From contig CM120640.1 in assembly GCA_051362555.1 (NCBI GenBank), positions 29,965,967-30,029,966 on the forward strand: DNA of 64,000 bases, given 5' to 3'. The notes under the pieces are model-generated. The model saw nothing but the letters and a program-made list of their open reading frames with translations. It was not told the DNA's origin and did not search any database. Origin of the DNA: Lingula anatina. Its lineage: Eukaryota > Animalia > Brachiopoda. Position numbers and translations under genes: made by a program. Shown piece after piece: positions 36,511-47,500 of this stretch. Position 1 is the first letter of the stretch. Each line of letters opens with the position of its first letter.

Positions 36511-37549
36511 AATGTGGGGTCAATACACACTCTACACATCAGGACTTGACTATTTAATGATGGCAATGGGTCAGTCTTGGCTGTTTACATGTTTCTCGGA
36601 CAATCCCTTCAAGACATCCCCCACCCCGAACAATTCCCCCAAGACACCCCCCACCTTCTCAGAAAAAATACTCTGGTTTTGAATTATCTATATTATACAT
36701 CTGTTCCATTAAAACATTTCTTGTTTACCCACCTCTGCCTGAAGACAGAATTTTATTAAAAGCAGGCATTTATAATGTTTCTCAATATGACATTTTCATT
36801 CTCATTGTTATATTCATTACAGGGGGAATGTCCGGGAAGGGGGAGGGGGTCCTGATTACATGGATAGATCTTTGAGCTCCAAGATTATCTAAAGACGAGG
36901 ATGAATAAGAACATTTGAAGCTTTTTTCAAATAATACGTCCATGAAATTTCTTTGGGAAGACAAAGATTAAGAAATTTAAGTTGACTTATCAACTCTATC
37001 ATTTATGGCAGCTGTTTCAATAAAAATTTTTGTGCAGCGTATGTGCAAATGAAGCGTTCCGCGTGTTTCGACAGTGATTTCATTGGTAGATACACAGCGT
37101 GGTGAGCTGCCGAGTCCTATTAGTCTGTGGTTTGGGACAAGTTGAAGGCAGAATCCATGGACATGATCCCAGAGCTGCGATTGTCTGTCGCTGGGATCGA
37201 GAACTAAACGTTATCTGAAACAGACATGGAAACAAAACTTAAATTTCCGCTGATACACACCATTATTCAATCTTGCGTTTTAATAAAATGTGATCACATC
37301 TCTTAATTGATCTAGTCTGTGTAAACAACATAAAGAACAGTTCTCTAATATTCAGAGACCAAGTTCGGTGTTTCGAATTTTATATAGTATTGAAAATATG
37401 CAGTTTTGGACAAAGTTCACAATTTCACACCTTTCTATTTTTCGAGAAAAGAACACCAACCAATTTGTAAGTATACATACTGTATACTTACAATTGAACA
37501 ATCTGTTTTAATAAGGGTAATGTGCCATTAGACTGCGGTGTTTCGCTTC

Positions 37550-37615
37550 TGATGCTGTCTCAACCATGATTGTGACGGACTCCACAAATATCACCCCATT
37601 GTGTTAGTGAAGACT
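37550..37615. other. Conserved ~65-nt hairpin-like motif, copy 1
   Basis: CTGTCTCAACCATGATTGTGACGG...TGTGTTAGTGAAGAC, with copies at about 39,807 and 41,274. Function unknown. Confidence 0.7.
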
Positions 37616-37973
37616 GGACGTAAGACGAGAAGTGGGGGGCGGGGGGGGGGGGGGGGTACCTCCCTCTTGTGATGCACGGCAGATGGCATGTGAGTGCATT
37701 TCAATGATTGGAGTGTTTGAAGGGGAATGTGGTGGAGTGGGAGGGGGGATAACGGGGATGGATATAGGAGAGAGGAAGGGAGATATACAAAAAGGTCAGT
37801 TCGTTACAACAGTCGACCTACCTTACAGGGAACAGATATCCTCAAGTTGTCCCCGACAGCACGTTGAGTCTAAGAGATTTCTGAAAACTCACCTCAGCAT
37901 ACCTCTGGAGCGGTGTAAGTTGTAGAACCAGGACATGTAGTAGTTGTAGTACAGTGTAGTAGGACTATATGGT

Positions 37974-38015
<42 letters not shown>

Positions 38016-38028
38016 ACAGTAGTTGTAG
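37974..38028. repeat. (GTA)n microsatellite
   Basis: Directly visible. Confidence 0.9.
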
Positions 38029-38117
38029 CATACATGTAGGCAATAATAATAATAACTGGCTAGGGCTGTATATCAGTAATACTCACAAACACGTGGCTGT
38101 GAATACAATACAGTTAA

Positions 38118-38675
38118 TGCCCCTATTTCACACAGACCACGAATCGCCAGGAGTTGACAAATTTCAGGATTCGTGGTTGAATCGTAAACAGTAATGAGTT
38201 CGTGAAGTTATTAACAGATTCGTATATATTCGTAATCAGTTCTTGCAATTCTTGACCAACAAGAATTCGTGGCAAAAACTTTGATGCCCCTATTTCACAC
38301 AGACCACGAATCCCACGAATCGCCAGGAATTTACAAATTTCAGGATTCGTGGTTGAATCGTAATCAGTTCGTGAAGTTCTTAACAGATTCGAATATAATC
38401 GTAGTCAGTTCTTGCAATTCTTGATCAAACGGGAATTCGTGGCAAAAATGTTGAGCTGTTCAAAATTTTGGCCACGATTCCAAAAAAATCATAGTGAATT
38501 CTTGACAATATTCCAGCCGAATCACACAAATATTCGTAACACTATCGCACCTGTATCGTAACTGAATCGTAGAGCGTGTCGAATTAGGCCAGAAAATTTG
38601 CAAAATCTCACGAATCCTCACGAATCCTGAAATTTGTCGATTCGTGGGATTCGTGGTCTGTGTGAAATAGGGGCA
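38118..38675. mobile_element. PIF/Harbinger-type MITE with duplicated left end
   Basis: TIR TGCCCCTATTTCACACAGACCACGAATC and GATTCGTGGTCTGTGTGAAATAGGGGCA, with TAA on both flanks. A second left end lies at about 38,285. Confidence 0.85.
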
Positions 38676-39021
38676 TAAATACAGTTAAACAAACCAAGGG
38701 ATCAATGTGCGGATCTCGTTACAGCACGCTTATTTAATGGTTATATCATACAGCAACAAGGAGACAAATTACCTCTAAATCAGAAAGCTCCATGAAACGC
38801 GCCGTGCATCATTTTTCAGACTTTGTTGTAGCACGTATTAATAAACACATTTACCCCTGGAAATTAACTTAAAATGTGTAAAGGACCGATTTCACACACA
38901 CACATACATAAACATAAAAATAAATAAATAAATAAATCACATAATATAACATAAGACCAAAACATTTAGAAATTGCACGCATAATACCCCGACAAATATA
39001 GTTAATTTTTTTCAAATATCC

Positions 39022-39245
39022 AATCTTGGGTTACATTTGTCGTACATACGATGTCCGCATGGTGTCCTTGTATTGCCTATTTGCTGCTCGTGGGGCGTCC
39101 GCTACTTAACTTCACGGTCATGTGGGAGAAATGGTACGGCGCCCGTACCGAACGTAAGCATGCTAGTCCATAGACACTACAAAAATACGGAAAATTAATT
39201 TCTATTTCATCGTGCGGCGTCTGTGAAAAATGTAACCTAGGCTTT
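39022..39245. mobile_element. Diverged MITE
   Basis: Inverted ends CTTGGGTTACATTT and AAATGTAACCTAGG. Confidence 0.5.
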
Positions 39246-39642
39246 AGTATAACGTAAATCTTTACACCTAATGCTTTCGTTTATAGCCGTTTTAATCTTT
39301 TTTTATTATGGCAGGTGTGATTTTTTGCATTTTTGCCCAGAAATTGACTAGTTTCTGACAATAATGATGATACCCCCCACACACACACACACATTAACAA
39401 TCTCCGACATATGTTCTAAGATATTTGTGTGAAATTTAATCATCCGTAAAGATGTTCCTGCTCATAAGTGAATTAATTTGTTTTTCGATTTTATTTATGT
39501 CTCGGATAAACCTGTTTTTATCTCCCCCTCCTTCTCTCGCTCGTTTTCTTAATCTTTGTTGCTAACATAAAATATGTTCTCTGTCACCGTGAAGACATTT
39601 CAAATTAGCAATCTCAGTTAATACGGGAAATGAGCCATAGGC

Positions 39643-39780
39643 TTCCCTCTACCAAGGCCGCAGTTATTGTGCTGTGGACATAAATTTGCTTTTACAGTAC
39701 AGAGATTAGCCATCTATTTAACCAGAGATGCATCTTTGAATATCTAGTGAAAAATCAATCTATGGCCCTGGTAGAGGGTA
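39643..39780. mobile_element. 138-bp copy of the 9-bp-TSD MITE
   Basis: TTCCCTCTACCAAGGCC ... GGCCCTGGTAGAGGGTA, flanked by GCCATAGGC and GCCAGAGGC (1 mismatch). Both halves match 14,993-15,030 and 15,360-15,418. Confidence 0.85.
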
Positions 39781-39806
39781 GCCAGAGGCTGTGGTGTGTT
39801 GATTTT

Positions 39807-39871
39807 GATGCTGTCTCAACCATGATTGTGACGGACTCCACAAATATCACCCGAATGTGTTAGTGAAGACA
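39807..39871. other. Conserved ~65-nt hairpin-like motif, copy 2
   Basis: The first 47 nt are identical to copy 1, with two substitutions in the remainder. Confidence 0.7.
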
Positions 39872-41086
39872 TAACGCGAGACGGGGAGGGGGGTGAAATG
39901 TTTATAAAGAAATGACCTAATAAATCAATGGAAATGAAAACATGCTATTTTAGTTTTAATTAGATGTCGACGAATCTTTAAGCAGAGAAAGTTGGATTAA
40001 AAGGAAATATGTTGAAATAAAACGGCACTAAAATGATGGGGGGTATGATGATGGTATAAAAGGTTTGGGTGAGTCGGGGAAATTGAATTTTGAGAGCGTT
40101 CGGGTGTTTACTGGTGTCTTTTAACTTTAACACACCAGGTTATATAAACTTTTACAACTTTTGTCTCTAAAAAAAACTGTACAGATTATCTTTTTAATAT
40201 ATATAACCACCGTATGTTTCAGCTATAGTAATTCCTAAAGATGAACTTAAAATACATGACGTCTATTGAGAAAGAGCGCCATTTCAAAAATCGCAGCACT
40301 GGAAAATTAACTGGCAAAGCGTGAACGATACGAAAGGAACTAAAATTAAAATGGGCTAAAAATGGAACATAAAGTGCCGACAGAATTTACTTGGAGTCAA
40401 AGTTTGCTAATTTTGAACTACACAAACTGTCAGCGTTTAATTTTCACATCAAGTATGTTTGCCGACTTGCACGAATATAGCACATTTTCATTTATGCACT
40501 GGGACCTACTTGCGTGACAATTCAGAATATATACATCAGAAAACATAAAACAGAAGTGCTAATGAATCAGCCGAAATGCCGACATTGGCAATGGACTAAA
40601 ATAGTACGGTTTGAAGGACAGAAAGATAATTTTATCTTATTTTTTAATTAAAAATGAATTTGTTACGAAGTGAGATATTTGGGACTTCACAAAGAAATCT
40701 GAACAATATTTCAAAAATGTTTCAGTAACATAAAAAGTTAGGCTAACCACTGAGTGTCATCTCTACCTGAGGTGTGCAATAAGCCACGCAACGCAGACTG
40801 AAATATCGGGGCGCAAAAATTGACTTGTTTTAATTATTTATTAAAACAGGCTGTTAGTATGACTAAGTTGTTAAACAGCCGGTATAATTCTTGAAACATT
40901 GAAAGACTTGAATTGGAATTTAATAAATTTCTTAACTGCCGATTTAATTTTTTCTGTATCATTTTGTATAGTCAAAGTATTTTAGCAAACTGCTGACAAC
41001 ACATTTTTCTATATCATTTTGTATAGTCAACGTATTTTAGCAAACTGCTAACAACACATTTATAACCAAGGCGTTTCTTTCCAGTA

Positions 41087-41117
<31 letters not shown>

Positions 41118-41273
41118 TGTGTGTGTGTAGTGGGGGGGGGGGGGGGGGCGTAGGGCGTGCGCGGGAATCTCCCTCTCTGGCAATTGTCAATGTTGACAGG
41201 TATGTAATGGTCCGGGAGAATAGAGGAAGTTGAGTTACAACAGTGCAAATGCCAAAGTATTTGACCTCAGAGT

Positions 41274-41335
41274 CTGTCTCAACATGATTGTGACGGTGTC
41301 CATGAATTTCATCATATTGTGCTAGTGAAGACAGC
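41274..41335. other. Conserved ~65-nt hairpin-like motif, copy 3 (more diverged centre)
   Basis: CTGTCTCAACATGATTGTGACGG...TGTGCTAGTGAAGACAG with a perfect CTGTCT/AGACAG closing stem. Confidence 0.65.
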
Positions 41336-41949
41336 GATAAATGATAGAGGGCGCTGATATGATCATTTTTCTTATAATTTCTCCGGAGTATAATAATAAT
41401 TTTTTTTAAATACTCAAAACTTTTTGTACTGAATAGTTACACTTATTTCAAAACTAACCAAATTTCATGAATTTCATTTATATGAAAACGTCGAGACGTC
41501 TAGGATCAAGAAGCCGAAACAACTAAAGCTAATTATTTTTAAACTTTTACCTATTTATAATAACACGCTTTATACAGACTTGACATTTAATATGGAATAT
41601 TTTTTTCCAAAACATAATTCATCAGTTTTTTCCTATTTTGCTGACTGATAAATGAAAATAAGGATTAAAATCGTGTTTTAATAACTTTTGATAATCTCTT
41701 CGATGTCATTGTGACATCAGTTCATTAATTGAATTCCTCAGTGAAGCAAACAAATATACATTGTCTATCTTAAGTCATACGACAACCATTGAAAGCGATA
41801 TTTTGGATCTCCATATTTTCCAAATTATTGTCTTTAAAAGAGTTACACGCCCCACAAAGGCCCCCCATGTCAGTGTCTAGTCACAGCAACAGTCGCTGTT
41901 ACGCTTGACCTCATCTTGCTGCTACCAGAGCTTTCAAGCCGCAAGGCAT

Positions 41950-42860
41950 TTCTTATGATAGGCTTTTTAGAGTTTAATTTGGAATAAGATTCCAGAATAC
42001 AGTTAAAACTTGTCCAATTTGGCTCAGTTTTGATGTAGGACATGCAGGCCGTTGATTCGGCGAGTAATGACCTACCCACATTTTGTCTATGTGGTTCAAA
42101 TATGGCGATTTTGATGACCAAGGTAGCTACTCATTCCCTTGGTTCTGTAAGTTATCTGCCATTAAAAGTGCTCTGTGTGAACCGGCAACCTCACCCTGCA
42201 ACCTGAAATTGTTCCTAAGGTGCCCCCTATCAAATAATAGTCATTTAGTTCCCAGATTATTCCTTTATTTGATCTGGTTCAGGTTTTCATCGATGACTAC
42301 TATTGGTGTTTTGGCACCAATGTGGTATCCACTCCAAATACTGACACTGTCAATGACCCTAGTCACTTAAGAAGTGGCACACGCTTCGTCGCAGGCCTCT
42401 TCAGGATGTCTGTAAACTCTGTTTTGACCAGTTTAGCGGTACAGGTTAAATCTGACCTCAATAAAGAAAGCCACGTGGTTTCAGTGTTTTACCCAGAAAC
42501 TGTCATGGTCCCCAATTCATTAGAGAAACAGACTAGGCTGCTTTGCTGTTTACAGTGGCTTCCTCAGAGGTCGCCTGGAATCCTAACCTGCTGAAATCAG
42601 TTTGGCGTTCGCTAAGAACCCTGAAAAACAAGTTTTGGTGACAATTTGTCCCTCATTCAAAACGGGCTGGGTGGTTTTGGTTTAATTGCAGCAGCATATC
42701 CTGAAGGACAGTGAGTCCTATACCCTGGTGGTAAGACGTCGATATGCATTGGGCTTGGTCTCTGTGTAGGGCCTCAAACTGCGCATAACTCTATAAAACT
42801 GTGTAGACCGTTCCGTTTGACACAATAATCTGTCTGACAATGTCTGTGTTTTTCGCGCCA
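41950..42860 (-). pseudogene. Decayed Tc1-like transposase
   Basis: The minus strand reads HVAFFIEVRFNL..GQNRVYRHPEE...DSVSIWSG..IGAKTPIVVIDENLN...FRLQGEVAGSHRA...LPWSSKSPYLNHIDKMW. These are degenerate FSDES, GSVMVW, QDDNAxxH and WPxxSPDLNPIE motifs with many stops. The N-terminal boundary is uncertain. Confidence 0.8.
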
Positions 42861-43669
42861 TTCTGGCACAGCTTAACAGTTTTGTAAAACGCTGCTTAAC
42901 CCGTTTACGCACTGCCAAAATGGCCGTTTACGCACTGCTGAAATGCATTCTTCAGGCCGAGAGAAGCAAAATTAGCTTGGTTGCTATTTCCGAGACCTTG
43001 AGCATTTTCAATATGGCCGCCAATTTATGAGGAAAAATAGAAAAACGACCAGAGGTCACCGGGTAAACTTTATTGACAGCTTTTTTGAACGTGCATCCTA
43101 TCAGGAGAGCACAACAGTACTAGTGAATACACTTAAGCCCGTTACATATAGCAAAAAAGCCAAAATGGCCGTCAAACATATGGCAGAAAGTAAAAAAATA
43201 AAGCTGCAAAATAAGTTCGTTTTTTGCAAATTTAGTCTTATTAAAAACATATCCACCATTTCTATTTATGTCCATTATGATTGCTTGTTACTCATGATCC
43301 TAAACCATCAGAAACTGCTTATTTGACATTAATCAGATGGTGGCAGACGGTGCCATCTCCTGAGAGTCCATTTGCCACTCCGACAAGCCCCATAGTCAAA
43401 GCTGGCTATGTTATATCTTGCAAGCTTTTTTAAAAGAAATTATTTCATCTGGGTTACAAAACTTAGAAAAGCTTATTGAACTGTTTTACATTGGTCTGTA
43501 GGTCTTCCTAAGCTTCCTTCGCTTAATTCCATGTCTTACCTTGAACTCCATATTGATATCGCGCTTTATGTAGTTGATGCAAAATAACTTTTTCGTTAAA
43601 CCCAGCTCCTATGACCTGCACTTCCTGCTGTTTTAATTAGGGTCCAAGATGTTAGTGTCCCTGTCTTAG

Positions 43670-44156
43670 AGGCGCATTCAGACTAGCGGACTAACAGATC
43701 TGCAGATGAAATATGGCAACCGACTTAAAAGCTTGCTGGTTGATTCCCGAATAGATACTGAATAAATTCCCCTCGGGGATTAAGCAACAAGCTTTCAAGT
43801 GAGTCGACGATATTTTATCCGCGAATCTGTTAGTCCACTGTTCTGAACGCATTCATAACAGATGATCCGAGAACTAACTGATCCGCCGACTGAATATGGC
43901 CGACCTAACATACAAAGCGATGCTGCTAATTCTCCAGTGGTCTCCCTGCCTCCACACGCGCCATAAAACGGATTGAATCTTAGCTCCAAGGTGTAATTGC
44001 TATGCCCCTGCAGCTAAGTCGCGTGTAGAGGCGAGGAGATCGTCAGGGGACTATCAACATCGCTTTTAAGTGGGGTCGGCCATATTTAGTAGGCAGATCT
44101 GTTAGTCATCATCTCTTGTGAATGCACTCCTAATCAGCTGTTCTGAATGCGCTCTC
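43670..44156. mobile_element. MITE with long imperfect TIRs (Harbinger-like)
   Basis: GCGCATTCAGA..GACTAACAGATCTGC..AAATATGGC..ACTTAAAAGC versus GCTTTTAAGT..GCCATATTT..GCAGATCTGTTAGTC..TCTGAATGCGC. Confidence 0.65.
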
Positions 44157-44599
44157 AGAGGCATAACAGCAATAGGCATATTAAGAGAGTGCATCAGTCT
44201 AAACTTTGAACAGATGACTTTCTTCAACCAGATTGCCTTTCATTCATTTCACAAGTGATATTGTGGTCTGAGTTGATCCTGCGAGGGCTTCGGGTTTTGA
44301 TATTTTATCTGGAACGTTTGAACCTAGCTCTTCCAAACTTTTTTGTCTTTGTTCCCAATAGACTACAATGTGACTGCTGTAGTCGTTGGGGTTGTGTAGT
44401 CATCCCTTTGGTCTTTTGATCCTTTCTGCAATGATCTGCATACAATGTACTAATAAACAGTATTATCAAGACGTTCCACTTGCTTCTCGTTCTCCTATTA
44501 CTAATAAGCAACTAATAAGCAACTTTCAGATACACTATTCCCTTAAATGGTTGGTACACGTCAAAAATAGCTTCACTTCTTGGGATATTTTACTCTTAT

Positions 44600-47500
44600 T
44601 TCTAAAATGCAACTTTAACAAATCTAGTCCAATATTTGTAAAATTTGTACAAATGATGCTTAAAATCAATAAAAATCTGTGAAAAGCAAATCAGTTGACA
44701 ATGTCTAATGAAAAAGATTTTTTCAGAACATATAAATTTCAGAAAACTGACAATGACATTGAAAACACTAACAACGCTATGCCTTAAGATAGTTAAACGT
44801 TAATAATTTTGACAAATCAAGTCCAATATTTGTGAAATTTGTACGAATCATGCTTAACAACAATAAAAATCTGTGATAAGCAAATCAGTTGACAATGTCC
44901 AATGAAAAAGATTTTTTCAGAACATATAAATTTGAGAAAACTGAAAATTACATTGAAAACACTGACAATACTATGCCTTAAAATCGTTAAACGTTAATAA
45001 TTTTTACAAATCTAGTCTAATATTTGTGGAATTTCGACAAATGATGCTTAAAATCAATAAAAATCTGTGATTAGCTCATAAGTTGACTGTGTCTCATGAA
45101 AAGGATTTTTTCAGAGCACATAAATTTAAGAAAACTGAAAATAACATTGAGAAGTCAGCCAAATTCAGTGCCTTAATATAGTTAAACATTAATAATTTTG
45201 ACAAATCTAGTCCAATATCTGCGAAATTGGGACAGATGATGTATAACAACAATAAAAATCTGTGATAACCTCATCAGTTGACTGTTTCTCATGAAAAAGA
45301 TTTTTTCAGATGATATAATTTAGAAAACTGAATGTTACATTAAAAAGACTGCCAAAGTCAATGACTTCAAATAGTTAAATATTTATAATTTTGACAAATC
45401 TAGCCCAATATTTGTGAGATTTGTACAAATGATGCTTAACAAGAATAAAAATCTGTGATAAGCTCATCAGTTGACTAGGTCCAATGAAAAAGATTTTTTT
45501 AGGAAAATAAATTTGAAAAAACTGAAAATAACATTAAACAGACTGCCAATTTCCATGGTATAAAATAGTTAAACATTAATAATTTTGACAAATTTTGTCC
45601 AATATTTGTGGAATTTGGGCAAATGATGCTGAACAATAATAAAAATCAGTGATAAGCTTATCAGTTGACTGTGTGTAATTGAAGTGTAATTGTCCTCTGA
45701 AAAAATTATATACCCATTCAAGACTTCTCCTTACTACCAATACCAGATGCAGATTCCTCCTTACAATCAGTTTCTGGAAGCGGGTTTAGCACACCATTTG
45801 ACAATGTCCTAAAGCTTGCCACATGCCATCTATTGTACACATGGGTGAGACAAACCATTGCTCTTGCTGTTGGCTTTCACTGCGTGTTTTTTCTTCAGGA
45901 ATTATCCATGACCAGACAGGAAGAATCAGTTCATCAAAAAACCCACCACGCTGTATGGAAAAGGTCACCTGGAAAAAGAACAATATATTTGAAAAAAGTG
46001 AAAATTAAATTTTTACAATTGACAAATTTTACAGATTAAAATAGTTCAACATTAATAACTTTGATAAAGTTAAGCTTAACAGTTGACTGTCTCTAATAAA
46101 AAGGATATTTTCGGAACTGAAAGTAACACTGAAAAGACGGCCAAATTCCACGACTTCAAATAGTTAAACGTTAATAATTTTGACAAATCAAGTCCAATAT
46201 TTTGAAATTTGTACAAGAAATGCTTAACAACAATAAAAATCTGTGATAACCTCATCAGTTGACTGTTTCTCATGAAAAATATTTTTTCGGACGATATAAT
46301 TTAGAAAACTGAATGTTACTTTGGAAAGACTGCCAAAGTCCATGACTTCAAATAGTTAAATATTAATAATTTTGACAAATCTAGTCTAATATTTGTGAAA
46401 TTTGTACAAATGATGCTCAGCAACAATAAAAATCTGTGATAAGCTCATCAGTTGACTGGGTCCGATGAAAAAGATTTTTTTAGGACAATAAATTTGAAAA
46501 AATTGAAAATAACAAACTAACAGACTGCCAATTTCCATGGTATAAAATAGTTAAACATGAATAATTTTGACAAATTTTGTCAAATATTTGTGGAATTTGG
46601 GCAAATGATGCTGAACAATAATAAAAATCTGTGATAAGCTTATCAGTTGACTGTGTGTAATTGAAGTGTAATTGTCCTAAAAATATATATATATATATTC
46701 CCATTCAAGACTTCTCCTTACTACCAATACCAGATGCAGATTCTTCCTTAAAATCTGTTTCTGGAAGCGGGTTTAGCACACCATTTGACATTTTCTACAG
46801 GAATTAGCCATGATCAGACAAGAAGAAACAGTTCATCAAAAAACCCACCACGCTGTATGGAAAAGGTCACCTGGAAAAAGAACAATATATTTGAAAAAAG
46901 TGAAAATTAAATTTTAAAAATTGACAAATTTTACAGATTAAAATAATTAAACATTAATAACTTTGATAAAGTTAAGTTTAACAATTATGTCTCTAATGAA
47001 ATGGATATTTTCGGAACTGAAAGTAACACTGAAAAGACTGCCAAATACCATGACTTCAAATAGTTAAACGTTAATAATTTTGACAAATCAAGTCTAATGT
47101 CTGTGAAATTTGGGGACATGATGCATAACAACAATAAAAATCTGTGACAAGCTCATCAGTTGACTGTGTCTCATGAAAAATATTTTTTCAGAGCATATAA
47201 ATTTGAGAAAACTGAAAATTATATTGAGAAGTCTGCCAAATGCGGTGCCTTAATATAGTTAAACGTTAATAATTTTGACAAATCAAGTCCAATATTTTGA
47301 AATTTGTACAAGAAATGCTTAACATCAATAAAAATCTGTGAAAAGCAAATCAGTTGACAATGTTCAATGAAAAAGATTTTTTCAGAACATATAAATTTGA
47401 GAAAACTGAAAATGACATTGAAAACACTGACAATGCTATGCCTTAAAATCGTTAAACGTTAATAATTTTTACAAATCTAGTCTAATATTTGTGGAATTTC

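Noticed and set aside
36297-36682. Pro/Gly-rich ORFs
   Set aside because: Translation of the 30-bp G-rich minisatellite, with no splice or domain support.
37530-37615. Hammerhead ribozyme, SECIS or C/D snoRNA
   Set aside because: No CUGANGA paired with the GAAAC..GUC, SECIS spacing and helix II do not fit, and the C and D boxes are non-canonical with wrong spacing to the stem.
45845-45898. 54-nt GT-AG intron precisely lost in the short satellite spacers
   Set aside because: The deletion in the short spacers starts about 40 nt upstream of the GT and keeps the AG, so it is not a splicing-derived loss.
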